A DNA stretch of 62,547 bases, filler included, from Nemertoderma westbladi (taxonomy: Eukaryota > Animalia > Xenacoelomorpha): the NCBI GenBank assembly GCA_032718475.1. It is 3 parts of 3 records of this genome, joined end to end, with 100 filler letters (N's around TTAATTAATTAA, not from the genome) between each part and the next. Parts side by side here need not be neighbours in the genome. Positions count along the whole stretch, not along the records: positions 1 to 29,743 come from JAUCBJ010003846.1; positions 29,844 to 47,904 come from JAUCBJ010000329.1; 1 more part is not named here. One strand, written 5' to 3'. The notes beneath the pieces are model-generated. The model saw nothing but the letters and a program-made list of their open reading frames with translations, was not told the DNA's origin and did no database searches. Of the stretch, positions 24,516 to 37,646 are shown piece after piece. The first letter of the stretch is position 1; each line of letters begins with the position of its first letter. Both the position numbers and the translations under genes were made by a program.

Positions 24516-25677
24516 TATCAGTAAGTTTTTCTACTGTAGGTATTATATTTATTATGGCCTAAGTCTTCAAATTACAATCTTTCTTTATTTGCTCACAAAA
24601 ACAGTACTGTAAGTACACTACTGTATGTAAATGTGATTGTGGCGGCTGGAAAAAATGGGTTAATGGGGAAATTCATATTTACGCTTCATAACGGATTCCG
24701 GAAGATAATAACTGTATCTACAGTTCCGGGTGATAAATTTCGCACAAAGCGACCAGAAATTAGCGATAAATTTTCAAATCAAAAAACTCTTACACTTTTT
24801 CTAAATTTACATCGAAATATTTTCACCATTCGCTTTTGAAAACATGACTATAACTATATAGCAGGCCTACATTATAATTACACTTTAGTGGTTTATGACA
24901 CTGACCCATTTTGCCCAGCCCTTACCGGTAGGCCTACTTTCTGTGTAATAATTTATTTAGTGAAATAATTCCTTTGGAAAATTAAAATGGAACACACAAT
25001 TAAACAAGAAACGTAGAGTATAACTGAATAAAATATACCCCACTACTCTACTAAAGTTTATTTTTCATAAAGTTTTAAAAGATTATATGGCTTTGTGACT
25101 AATATATAATGACATCGCCCCAGTGCATTTTGCAAAGTTACAATAATACTTGCTTGTAAGATCGGCATAGCAATTTAATTACTCGTTAACAATTATTTAT
25201 TGAGTTCGACTAACCGAAATAGTTGTTGACATCAGTGCCAAGTAACGGCAGGCATGGGGGGGATATTACGTTATAATCTATAATCGTGTCGAATCAATAT
25301 AGATTTTTCCGACGAACCACACAAACGCAAGAATTTATACGCGCGCAATTATGCAGAAACATCCGCATTTTGGTGATGTCCAACTTATTACATTCCTATT
25401 GTGCTGATAGTATTCTAATTTAAACCGAAATCATTAATCATATACAGTATTTAGTGAGTGTAGTACAGTAGGTATACAGACACCTCCAATTCGATAATTA
25501 GTTCTCAAGATATTCCATATAATCATTGTCATCCTCAAACCCCAAAATAGTTCCCCCCAGGACCACAATACGTTGCAGTAAGTGGTACCCCCTGCCCATG
25601 GCACTGAAGTAATCATATTTGAAGCTAATATTAAGTAAGACCAAAAGTGACAAAGAATAATTAATAAATTATTCTTA

Positions 25678-25951
25678 GATTACATAGGGGAAACGAACTG
25701 TGGGACCAGTTCGCGACCGCTTCAGAACGCACCGCAACGATGTACGTAGGAAAGACAGACCGCATTCGCTACACATTTCCTTACTTTGCACCCCACACAA
25801 CACATACCCACCCGTCCCATTCTCTGCTCGTCTGCCTCGACGCTGCAGAGACCGGGTGGACTGGAAACTCGCAGAGAAGTCGTACATTAGGGAAATGTCC
25901 CCTAGCATAAACATACAGTATGGAGACCCACCAAAACACCTATGTTGGTAA
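25678..25951 (+). pseudogene. GIY-YIG endonuclease relic (Penelope-like element C-terminus)
   Basis: DYIGET at 25678-25695, then after a frameshift PVRDRFRTH...KLAEKSYIREMSPSINIQ, matching the YIGET..R.RF.EH..E..YI....P..N pattern. Confidence 0.65.
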
Positions 25952-26370
25952 AGTAGGCCCTACAGTATACTCACCACACTCGCACACACAACATACCCCC
26001 ACACACAACATTTTTTTATTATATATTTCTCGAAATAATTTCGGTATATTATTTGAATTTGATTCTTAATAATGTTGTGTGCTTAATTAAAATGCAAAAT
26101 ATTATTATACAGTAGTTAGACAGTCCCTAAATTTCCTCCTGCATAATTACCCTCCACCCCCCTCTCACCCCCATCATATTTGCACTTTGGTTTATTACGT
26201 AGTTAGCACAGCTGTCACAGCTGTAGTACTGCCCTGCTAGTTAGTTACCGGTAATGCCTTTTACTGTAACTGTCATTTCGATGTTTAAACATTTAGACGT
26301 TGAATAAAGGCATGTTGACCGCAATATACGTCATAAATTATTATTTATTAATAATTCTTGGTAGCTTTTT

Positions 26371-26753
26371 GTCTTACTGGGGATATCACACAAGAGGCGC
26401 TTGGTCTTACTGGGGATATCACACAAGAGGCGCTTGGTCTTACTGGGGATATCACACAAGAGGCGCTTGGTCTTACTGGGGATATCACACAAGAGGCGCT
26501 TGGTCTTACTGGGGATATCACACAAGAGGCGCTTGGTCTTACTGGGGATATCACACAAGAGGCGCTTGGTCTTACTGGGGATATCACACAAGAGGCGCTT
26601 GGTCTTACTGGGGATATCACACAAGAGGCGCTTGGTCTTACTGGGGATATCACACAAGAGGCGCTTGGTCTTACTGGGGATATCACACAAGAGGCGCTTG
26701 GTCTTACTGGGGATATCACACAAGAGGCGCTTGGTCTTACTGGGGATATCACA
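26371..26753. repeat. 33-bp minisatellite (~11.6 identical copies)
   Basis: Unit GTCTTACTGGGGATATCACACAAGAGGCGCTTG, with no spacers. Confidence 0.96.
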
Positions 26754-28121
26754 CTAGAGGGGCCACTTTTTCTCGGCTCTAGTTGGCCTCAAGTTGGCTC
26801 ACCTTATTGCTCTATAATAAAATAATTGTAATGTTACTAGAATTAAACAAGTTAAAGCCATAGGGTTTCGAGCGCAACCACCTTTAGGTTAACATCACAA
26901 AACTAAAGTAGGCCTATTTAATTTAACCAATATTATATAGCAAAAAAAACGTATAGAATAACATGTTAGGTGTTGTACTTACAATCTAAATAATAGCAAA
27001 ACCAATCAGTTCTGAATCCCTGAGTGTGAAAAATTGACGCGTTTGGTGATAATAGAATCTTCACCCACTTAATCCGATTTAATACAATATTGTATTATAA
27101 GCAATAAAGCCATTTTGCCGACATATAATTTAAGGCTATTCTGCTCCAATACGCGTACTTACCGCTTCAATTTTTCACCTCAAAATCGTATTCTTTATAA
27201 TAATAGTTTGCACAAATACCACGGTTATTACACTATTAACTGTAAAGGAATATTTATAATTTATTAACAATTAAATAATTAATTGGAAATAAATTTAATG
27301 AAAATTTGAAAATGAAAATAAAAATGCAGACAAAATCAAAATAAATAGTGATGATAAATTAATCATGTTTCAGATTTCAAGAAAATTGAATAAAGGATGG
27401 CTCCCTTAAACGAAAAATTACTTACATAAAGACCGGGTTTATATGGCGCGCGGTAAAGTAACAAAAATGATCGCCAAACGCTGACTTTGTACCAATAATA
27501 GTACATTTGCTGACTAGTCGCTACACTAAGACACCGTTTGTGGTACTACGGCCGGCATGTAGACTGCTTAGTGCTTACCGTGTGAACCATGGTATAGTAG
27601 TTGGGAATATCTGTATGTCAGTCTGTCTTATGGGTGTGGTCATGGAAGCAATGTTACAAAACACCCACCAGGGGGAGAGCGGAATGGCCGGAATGAAAAG
27701 GTATAAATGAAGACGGTCGCGTAATCCCGATGATTAATTAATGATGAAAAACAGAGTGAATGGAAGTTTGACAATTTCTGCCCATTCTTCAACTTATTGC
27801 AAGATGGGTCTTGAGTTGACTTGATTATTATAGTCTAGCAAGGGCTTCGGTCTTTACATTGCTCGTAATAATTCTTATAATAATTAAAACATAAACACAA
27901 CAACCTGAATGAGACAATAATTCAAAAATATAATTTATAATTCGATAATTCGACAACTATACACCGGTCCGGTACCTGAGTTAATAATACGGCAATAAGT
28001 ACTGTGCGATCCAACAAGAGTGATTAAAACTAATAGAATTACAACTTAATAGCTAGTTTATAGAACAAATTTAATGCACTTCAAAAACTTCACACATACA
28101 TACATATACATACATACATTA

Positions 28122-29010
28122 CACCATGTCCTGGAATATAGTGCCGTTATTCAGGTACCTGCCCCCCCCCCCCTAATTTTTCTACAAATCTTAATGAGAT
28201 TGCATGAAATTTGAAACAGAGATAGTTTCACCTCCCTCCTCCGAGGGTGAACCAGAATTTTTATTTTCGCTTTCAATATTTAGCTACAAGCGTTAGAAAA
28301 TAGTGTCTCCGCCGATATTGCACCAGTTACACCGCAGTTATTCTTCAAACATTTAGTGATTTGTTGCTACTAGTGGAAAGCTGACCATGCAAGGATTCCA
28401 AATATGTAAAAATAATTGAATTTGGTTTGGAAATAGCTGAGTTATTGGCATTCGAATTTTGCATGTATGCCTGCGGGCCATTTATTCTATTAATAAATAC
28501 ACAACGTTCTAGAACATTTTGATTATGTATGAATATCCTTATACTAGTATTATCATGTAGGCATTGCATTGTTGCCAAGCTACTTATGAGATAAACAAAA
28601 TGTTCTAGAACGTTGTGTATTTATTAATAGAATAAATGGCCCGCAGGCATACATGCTAAATTCGAATGCCAATAACTCAGCTATTTCCCAACCAAATTCA
28701 AATATTTTCACATATTTGGAATCCTTACACGGTCAGCTTTCCACTAGTACCAACAAATCACTAAATGTTTGAAGAATATCTGCGGTGTAACTGGTGCAAT
28801 ATTGACGGAGACACTATTCTCAAACGCTTGTAGCTAAAGAATGAAAGCGAAAATAAAAATTCTGGTTCACCCAGTAAGGAGGAGGGAGGTGAAACTATCT
28901 CTGTTTCAAATTTCATGCAATCTCAATAAGATTTGTAAAAAAAGTTGGGGGGGGGGGGGGGGGGGGGGGGCAGGTACCTGAATAACGACACTATATTCCA
29001 GGACATGGTG
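28122..29010. mobile_element. Foldback MITE family A, copy 2 (complete, TA-flanked)
   Basis: TA|CACCATGTCCTGGAATATAGTG...CACTATATTCCAGGACATGGTG|TA; whole element is palindromic and homologous to 18468-19375. Confidence 0.92.
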
Positions 29011-29633
29011 TATATGTTATATAATAGGAGCAACTAAATAAAAGTAAAGTAACATAAAAAATACTGCAGAATAACCATTCAAATTAGATACAATTGTTCG
29101 AAAAAATGCTTAGCTCATAAAATTTATTTACATTGATTAGAAAAAAAAAGGAAATTTCCCGAGATAAACGTAATAATTACAATATACCTAAATAAAATAC
29201 TATTGTGTTATAATAACTATACTAAGGTACTTAACAAAACCAATTGATGCATTATTCACATTATACTACGTATAGCACAAAGTACGATAAGGTTGTTGGC
29301 AAACTTTGTATGGATCAATCTTGAAATAAAAACACACTGGTTGCCGACCTTGTGTACCATCACTGACGAAAAGTGAAAAATTACAAACTTATTTACTTTA
29401 TCACCGTGATAATAAATCAGACCTCATTGTGAGGTACTACTCAGTACTCACACATACACTCAGAGGAAGTGATCAGACTCTTACAATGATAGTTTAAGAA
29501 ATATAGCTTTGCAGAATAATATACATTTAGCCTATAAAGAGTGGAAAATCTAAAAATCAAACCAATATAATAATTAACATACGAACAATAATTGTTATAT
29601 AAACGAAGTTCAACAAAAAATACGTTTTACCGA

Positions 29634-29743
29634 ATACCGGTATTAATTAATATATACCAGTATTAATTAATATATACCGGTATTAATTAATATATACCGG
29701 TATTAATTAATATATACCGGTATTAATTAATATATACCGGTAT
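29634..29743. repeat. 20-bp AT-rich minisatellite running into a gap
   Basis: Unit ATACCGGTATTAATTAATAT, ~5.5 copies. Confidence 0.9.
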
Positions 29744-29843
29744 NNNNNNNNNNNNNNNNNNNNNNNNNNNNNNNNNNNNNNNNNNNNTTAATTAATTAAN
29801 NNNNNNNNNNNNNNNNNNNNNNNNNNNNNNNNNNNNNNNNNNN
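29744..29843. other. Assembly gap with six-frame-stop linker
   Basis: 44 N + TTAATTAATTAA + 44 N. Confidence 0.97.
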
Positions 29844-30499
29844 TAACTATTTAGAGTATTTTTATATTTTAGAAACTGTGATTTTGTATATTTTATAGAC
29901 TTAAATCCCATTTTCTGGGAGCGGTGTAAAAGCTTCTGTGGGATATAACTGGCCCCTTTTGCTTCGCAATCCAGTTTCCCCCCAGGCGCTAGAATACTCT
30001 AAAAAGGTTCTCTAACTGTATATATATTCCCCTCGCCCGCAAGGTACCGTTACAGGTGTTTTAACGGACATAAAAGTAATTCTGCTATATACGTGTTTTG
30101 GCGGACATGGTAAGGCAAAAAACCTGTAATGCACCAGGCTCATTCCATGAAAAGGTCAACCTCCCCACTAATTTCTAAAAATGAGATGTAGCTTTGAATT
30201 TATACTTATTTTAGGTCAAAATTTATCGTACTTCATGAATTCAGTGCTAAAAATTGTATCAACACAGGTGGTTTATCAAAAATAGTCGAATTACAAATTA
30301 TGCACCTGCTCAGCACAAAATGTGAATAAAAGTGTGCAAAAGTTTCGTTTCCTGTAGGCACTTCCTATGACCAATAAATTAACATTTCTGAGCATGTACC
30401 AAATCAAAAACAAACCCATTTTCGAATTTTTTTGGTTTTATTTAATTTCACCAGTGTTTCGTTCCTCTGTAATGAAATCGATAAAGTTAATCTTGTGAT

Positions 30500-33400
30500 G
30501 TCCCATACTTTACCTAAAATAGTGAAATTTTTAGTTTATTCACAGAGATGTAACTCAGCCTAATCACCCAGTGGAATGCAAAGCACGTTTGTGTTGCGTC
30601 ATCGTATAAAACAATTAGTTTCATCTTCACTCCCTCAGAAATATCATGGCGGCCAATTGAAAATTGTCCCATACTTTACCATCAAAATGGCGATTATATT
30701 AGTGCACTGTATTAATGTAAAATGTGAAGCCATGAGTGTTATAATACTCTAAGGTCATAGTCGGCCGTAAGAATAGGAGTCTATATTTGAACTGAGAATC
30801 ATTCCTCAGTCAAGAAATCCTTGGGTTTATGCATGTAAAGTCCCATACTTTACCAAAAAATAGTGAAATTTTTAATTTATACACAGAGAAGTAGTCTAAC
30901 TCAGCCAAATCACCCAGTGGAATGCAAAGCACGTTTGTGTTGCGTCATCTTAAGAAACAATTACCTGTAGTTTCATAATCTACTCCCTCAGAAACATCAT
31001 AACGGCCAATTGAAAATTGTCCCATACTTTACCATTATAATGGCGATTACATTAGTGCACTGTATTAATGTAATATATGAAACCTGGAGGGCAGGAGTGT
31101 TATTAATGCTTTAGGGTGATAGTAGGGGGAAGCATAGAAGTATGTATTTGAACTAAGAATCATTCCTCAGTTAACTAGTCGTTGAGTTTATGCATGTAAA
31201 GTCCCGTACTTTACAACAAATTTAAAAAAATTTAGTTTTTTAGCAGATAAGAAGATCGGTAAGTACAGTAATTGATACATTTTCAGAAAAATGGAAAGAA
31301 ATTCTAAACTTTTTACAGACTACATGCCAAGTTTGGTTATATTTCATCAATGATTGGCGGACTTATTTCGGTTTTTATCAAAATTTTGAAACTATCGGTA
31401 CCAACAGACAGACTGTCTGATATGTGACCTTTGATTCCTTAAACTTCAGATTCTTTCCAAACTTTTGACAGACTTCATACGTACCAGGTTTGGTTTAATT
31501 TCATCTAAAAATGACCGAGATATACAGTATTAGCGATCAAAAATTAGACAGATGACATACAACTCCTAAGGGCACCCATATGCTAAGACTTCGGGTCAAT
31601 TTGTGGGCCGCCCCACATTTTGTATCCATATCTTGGTTGGAAATACTTAGTTGCACTTTATTATCACTAATTATCCAGAAATTACTGTTAGGTTAAGTGT
31701 AAGAGACCATTTTGACCATAAAATTCGTACAGGTCCCGTACTTTACTTAGCAATGTCCCATACTTTACCACACACACCACACTGTAAAAAATTAGCAATG
31801 CAGCAATTCGTCTTATATTTATATTTTTATTTAAGCTAAATAATACAGCTTTATCCTAAACATCAACTCAACACCGTACCTGCGCACAATTCGCTAAACT
31901 TTAGAATTGAAATCATAAATTAAAAAATACCATTTCGTACGAATCCGTACTTTACCTTAATTGGACAAGCTGGCGTTTTCTCAAAAGTGACTAAGTCCCG
32001 CCATAAGCTTCGCGAAATCAAAGCTGATATTCGAAAGTTTAATCCAAGCTCAATTTTGAGCACATATGTGCTGTGGATAACATTGTACAGGCAATCAAAG
32101 TTCAAAATTGTGTACGAATGTCCCGTACTTTACTTTGGAATGAGCCACCAACTACCTTTCACAGCTTAGCCGTGATGATTCATATTACGACATCTAACAG
32201 CTGGTTGCTGACATGGAAACAGCCATTGGACGCATGGTTCTTTGTTTGGCTTGAGCCAATCAGAGCGATTTTTCCTGTCGACGTGTAGCTTTTCAGCCGA
32301 TCATAAGGAGAGTGTTCAGTCTTACTGCTTTTACTTGATACTTTGTTGTTATTGCTGTCTAAGCCAGAAACACCGGCCTTTTGGGAAGAACTCTAGTAAA
32401 ACTGCTTAAATTATCGAAAGTATAAACTGTTACCTTAACAAACCTAACTAATCTCACTAATTAACATGCTCACTTAATTTAATTGCATTAATCATATTGT
32501 TTGTACTGTTATTTACCGTCAGTTATTAATTGTACCTATTTGTTGATGGAAATATTGCTCTTTGGATAATACGGATAAATCACCCAAATTCCCAATTTTC
32601 TTGATACACTACAGGTTAGAGAGACCGGCTATACATAACAATTGCGATTTATATTAATGTGGTGTGTATTGAATCCAATGTTATTTAGCAGACCCTACGT
32701 GAGTCAATTACTGCTCTCTTTATGTGTGATCAAATATACTGACGGTCGGCAGAATAGTGTGTATGATTGTGATTGGTAACAAAGTATTTCCTAAAGAATA
32801 CGCTTTATGCTTCAATCATAAGCAGTATCGTTGCGTTTTAGTATAAGTCTTAGTTCTGTTTAAATAGATAAAGCGCCACGTCCTAAAGGAACTGTTAATA
32901 TTTCCCGAAAGCCAATAATATCTGTCAGAGATTAATTATTAACGATCTATCGAATAATACAGTAGGTATACACTGCAACCTTACACTGCAATAATAAAAT
33001 TTAAGCATCCGAATTCAGTCTCCCGGGTGTAGATCCATCGGGTGAATGATCGCGCATGGGCTGACTTCGGCTAGTGTTTTGCGTATTAGCATAAAATATT
33101 GTCGTATGCTAAAGTGGTTTTAATTAACTGAAAGACATATAAATTTTGGCAGGTTAAACTGCTAAAGGTCTTCAAAAGCGCGAACAGTAAAGCACTTGAA
33201 CTAATTAAAAACTATACTGGAATGGGGTATGGACTCATTCCATGTAAAGTGCGGGACATTCGTACGACTTTTTGTGCATACTTTAGTACTGTACATCAAG
33301 AAAATAAACTAAAATACTATATTGCTTGTGTTTCTTAGAAAAACCAATTATCGTTTCAGTAAAAATAAGCAGTTTGGAAAACCTCCAGCAATTTATGTCT

Positions 33401-34531
33401 CAGAATTATTGCTTTAAAAAATTGTACAGTGCAGGACGCTTACGAAATTGAAATTGTCAACTCAACTTCATTGCTAAAGTTCAGCGTATTCCGTAAAGTT
33501 AGTGGGCAAGCGTTTGTTTCGTGATGTTCCTAGATATGTATGGGAAAATAAATTTGCCTTTAAGCTGGTAGGTAACTTCAATGAAACAGGGGAGTAGTTT
33601 AAGTGCAGCAAAGTCATGTAAAGTGTGGGACATTTCATTGTAAAGTGCGGGACACGTGCGATTTTATCATTTATAAACACATTAAATCTTTAATATTACA
33701 TTATTCCGATTAAATCAGTGATAGTTATAAAAATTTCAATGAGATTGCTACATATAATTTGAACTTAAAGATGAATGACAATACAACTAACCCTAACCAA
33801 AATACTAAACCTAATTTACCAAACTTAGTTGGCCCTGTTTATAATAGATATAATATTATTATTATAGATATACTGTAATTAATAGGCCTCCAACATACGG
33901 CTGAGCGGGCTTTAATACGCCATTACAGCAGTCCAATGTTGCGATATGTACCTAACAAAGTTTTTCTTTTCCTTTCTCAAAATTGGCCCAGCATATAAAA
34001 AAAAGTGCGCAAAAAACATCGCTCTGCCACTGGCAATGTACGAACACCCCCAAATGGAGTAGAAAAACAGAGAGCTAACATATAGTATATTATAGTATAT
34101 TTAAGTATATATATAGTATATTTATGGAAATATATGTGATCTTCATTCTTTCATAGTGTCTTAATATAAGAGATTGATATAAATTTATTAAATGTCTGTT
34201 GTGTTATGATTATTCCAGTTGAAGTTCTTCCATCTTAATACACGCTTACTCTACTTCCTTTGATATTTCTACTTTTTGTCCCGCACTTTACGTACTTTCC
34301 CGAACAGCATTCTTAAAAATGCAACTGCAATGCGGCATGGCGATCCTAGTACTGTAGTTACGTAAAGTGCAGGACACCTGTTTACCACATAACACAAAAC
34401 ACCACAAACAAACTAAGTTCTCCAGATTAAAGATACACACATTTGTGCTTTGCATACGACATATCATCATTCTATTATAATATGTATATCCTGTACAAAC
34501 AAAATATGGTGTTCAGGGTAAAGTGCGGGAC
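30500..34531. mobile_element. Probable large non-autonomous DNA element marked by a reiterated oriented 14-bp motif
   Basis: GTCCC(A/G)TACTTTAC forward from 30500 to 32120; inverted GTAAAGTG(C/T)(G/A)GGAC from 33244 to 34518; ~340-bp tandem duplication at 30500-31210. Termini not identified. Confidence 0.45.
31260..31617 (+). mobile_element. HINE/Helentron-like fragment
   Basis: CCAAGTTTGG repeat units, ACAGACAGAC microsatellite and terminal ...TGTGGGCCGCCCCACA; homologous to 16967-17290. Confidence 0.5.
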
Positions 34532-34796
34532 ATTATGATGTAAGCAGATTATGAGCAATGAATTTTTAGACACAACGTTGTTTTAATTGACAGCAAATGA
34601 TTTCATTACAAAATATGATTGCTTTGCTTTGAAAAGAAAAGTACTCTATTGCAAATTGTATGTATTTAATTCCAAACATATGGAGTAAAATGAACAACAT
34701 GGTTATTAAAAGTTTTACAAAATAAATAAAATAATATATAAAATATTGTGCTATTAAAAAGTTTTATTTGGTTGTGGGGGGGGGGGGGTGGGGGGG

Positions 34797-37508
34797 TCAT
34801 TGGTTTAGGGAAAGGACCGCAAGAAACATCCCTGTACGGAGGCCCGAACTGGTTGCTGGGATACCCAGGCACATTGTATAGTGCTCCGAGCTGATTGCTG
34901 ATTGGCCACACAATAAACAGCGACACTCCTCGATTGGCCGCCAACAGTTCCGAGTGGCACATAGTTTATGATGGTAACCGTTGGCTACCAGCTGACCGGC
35001 TACCCGACGCCTATAACCAGTTAGATTGACCGGGTTAATAGCTGAGGAGTCGGGGTGGTCAATACTGGAAAGGATTGGGGTCGACGATGCGTATTTACTG
35101 ATTCCAAACCAGAGTTTCCAATAAAACGCACGTATGCGGTGGATGTGGTCGAGTTCGATTATATTTGGTTCTGTTGCGAAAATGTTGCAGCCGTAAGAAA
35201 CAGACGGTAGGACGATCGCTAGCCATATTTTCCTTGCGGTGGCAATCGAGACAACGTTAAGTTTTACCTTTATTGCAATTCGCGTACAACAGGCAATCCC
35301 CTTGCGATACAGGTGGTCGTAATGGGACCTAGGTCCGTTTTTGGTTGATAGCGTCACACCAAGATATTCGAATGAAGGTTGAAACTCGATGGGGGAACCA
35401 TTGTATATCAGAACATCGCTTCGAGCCAACCGGCCACCGTTGCGAAATTTAACAGCTTTGGTTTTCGATATGTTGACCTTTAGATCGTTGACCTCGCAAT
35501 ATTCAGATAGTTTGTTTAGTCCATCCTGTACAACGGCTACGGATTCGCTGGCGATAACGAGATTGTCTGCATACATAATTACCCAACAGGCTGCGATAGC
35601 AATGAATGCAGGTAGATCGGCGACGAGGAGGCTGAACAACAGGGGTGAGAGTCGGTCACCTTGAACAACTCCGATCGTTTGACTTATTGGGTCCATGATA
35701 TACGGTCCAATGCAGATACATACAAAGTTAACGGCAATGAGGGCCCATATCACACGTATGAACTTCCTGCTAACTCCGTAACTGGACAGCTTCTTGCATA
35801 GGATCTCTCTGTTTATGGAGTCGAAAGCTTTAGAGAAATCCACGAATACACAGTATAAATGTCCACCAGATGGTGATAGGGCTTCATTTATTCAGTCGCA
35901 GAGGCATTTAACGGCCATAATCGTAGATCTGGCTGTGCGGAAACCGTATTGTTGCTCTGGTAAGATACCGAATAGCTCGGCCCATTTATATAGTCTCGAG
36001 CTTAGTATGGCGGTATATGTTTTTAATAAACATGATAGAAGCGCTATACCCCTATAGCTGTTGGGAGAGGATTTCGCTCCTTTCCCCTTGAACAGAGGGA
36101 GTAAATAGGAGGCGAGCCACACAGTCGGGCAACTCGCTGTTGTGAAGCACAGCGAGAATAGTGCGAGTAGATATGGGAGGAGATGGCCGAAACCCCACTT
36201 CAGAGATTCGTTGGTTACTCCATCGGGCCCGGCTGCTTTGTTTAGTTTCTGATTCGAGACCGCCGCGGTAATTTCCTCGGCCCTGAATGGCGCATCGAGA
36301 TAGTTGCTTGGATTTTCAGGTAGGTCTGGCAGGTTCGGAGCGCGGGTTGCTGTCAGCAGTTTGCTGAAATGGGTAAGCCACGATTCTTGTGGAACTTGGT
36401 ATGCAACAGGTTTCAGTTGTGGACCTTTCAATATGTTCCAAAACGAGGTTTTGTCAGACTCACAGTCCTCGATCAGTTTGTGTTGCTTCCTCGCCTGGTA
36501 CAATTTTCTCTTGTTTGTTAACATGTGTTTGTATTCTCGTTTCTGATCACTATAGGTTCTATATGTACAAATTGATGGTCTTTCTCGCATGGCATGTAGA
36601 CTCGATGTCAGTTTCTTCCTTGTGGCATGACATTGTCTGTCAAACCAAGGTTTTGATTTTCGTGGGGTTGGTGTGGTTGAAGAGTTGATTATAGCTGATG
36701 TAATATATGAGCATGCAGAGTTGACTCCTTCATGAAGTGCCGATTGGAACTCGTCTGGATTTAACAATTCGCCTAGTTTGTCAATGTCTATTGACCTCAC
36801 GGCTTTAGTTCTATGCTGAGGTTTAGTTACTTCTCCGAGCGGCAATTCTAAACATACCCATTGATGTTTCGTAGTTATCGTAGGTTGTACTTTCAATAAT
36901 ATATCCTCTGCGAGTTCGCTCTCCGCGAATACAAGATCAATAGAACTATGTCCGTTCCAACAATAGTAGGTTGGAACGTCAGGATCATTCAGGCAATGTA
37001 GGCTGGCACCTAACAGGCCACTGCACAGCGTGTTGCCACATTCAGCGGTTCCGTCGATACGACAGTTAAAGTCTCCTGCTAGGATGATTGGAAAATGGCA
37101 ATTCGATCGAATCGTGTTAATGGCGGATATGAGTTCGAGTAATATTTCTGATGGGTCTGTATTCGGTGTGTAATAACAGGCTACGACAACGAATTTATCA
37201 ACCTGCACACCTAGGAGAGTTTTGCTGTTTATAATTTGCTTTTGTGTTAATGAGTTTTTCCCATTTACAGCGATTGTTAATCCACCATTGGGTCTACCTT
37301 GGTCTGCTTTCTCGCAGGGGACATTGTGACAACGGTAACCCGGGATATATAGATCAGAGTCCATGGTTTCTGTTAAAATGAGGATATCCATGTTTGTGAA
37401 TGAGTCGTCTGTTGATAAATCCATTGTGCTTTTTGCTCCCTCGACATGCCATACTATGATGTGAAGAGAGTTTGCATCGTTTGTTCTCTTAGTACTAGTG
37501 GGTAACAT
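34797..37508 (-). pseudogene. LINE ORF2: AP endonuclease and reverse transcriptase with in-frame stop
   Basis: LTET, AGDFN, SIDLVF, AAGPDG, SYRGIAL, QYGFR, FVDFSKAFD, QGDRLSP, YADN, EYLG. The two ORFs are in frame across a TGA at 35892-35894. Confidence 0.92.
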
Positions 37509-37646
37509 GGGTAACTCGGATAGAAGTTTGTAGTTTTCAGCGGTTTGAAATCTGTTACATCCACGTTGATGTTTATATAAACTCGCCAGGTATTTATACT
37601 GTTTTAGGCAACCAGTACAAAACAGTGGTGATTTCTCGTTTGATTG

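Noticed and set aside
26300-26825. Five overlapping repetitive ORFs, or a CRISPR-like array
   Set aside because: Direct 33-bp tandem units with no spacers and no cas genes; open frames follow from the unit length.
29788-29799. TTAATTAATTAA inside N runs (also 47949-47960)
   Set aside because: Artificial six-frame-stop scaffold linker, not biological.
35892-35894. Selenocysteine or readthrough TGA in LINE ORF2
   Set aside because: The copy carries other inactivating lesions (YADN, ORF1 frameshift); a CGA-to-TGA type mutation is more parsimonious.
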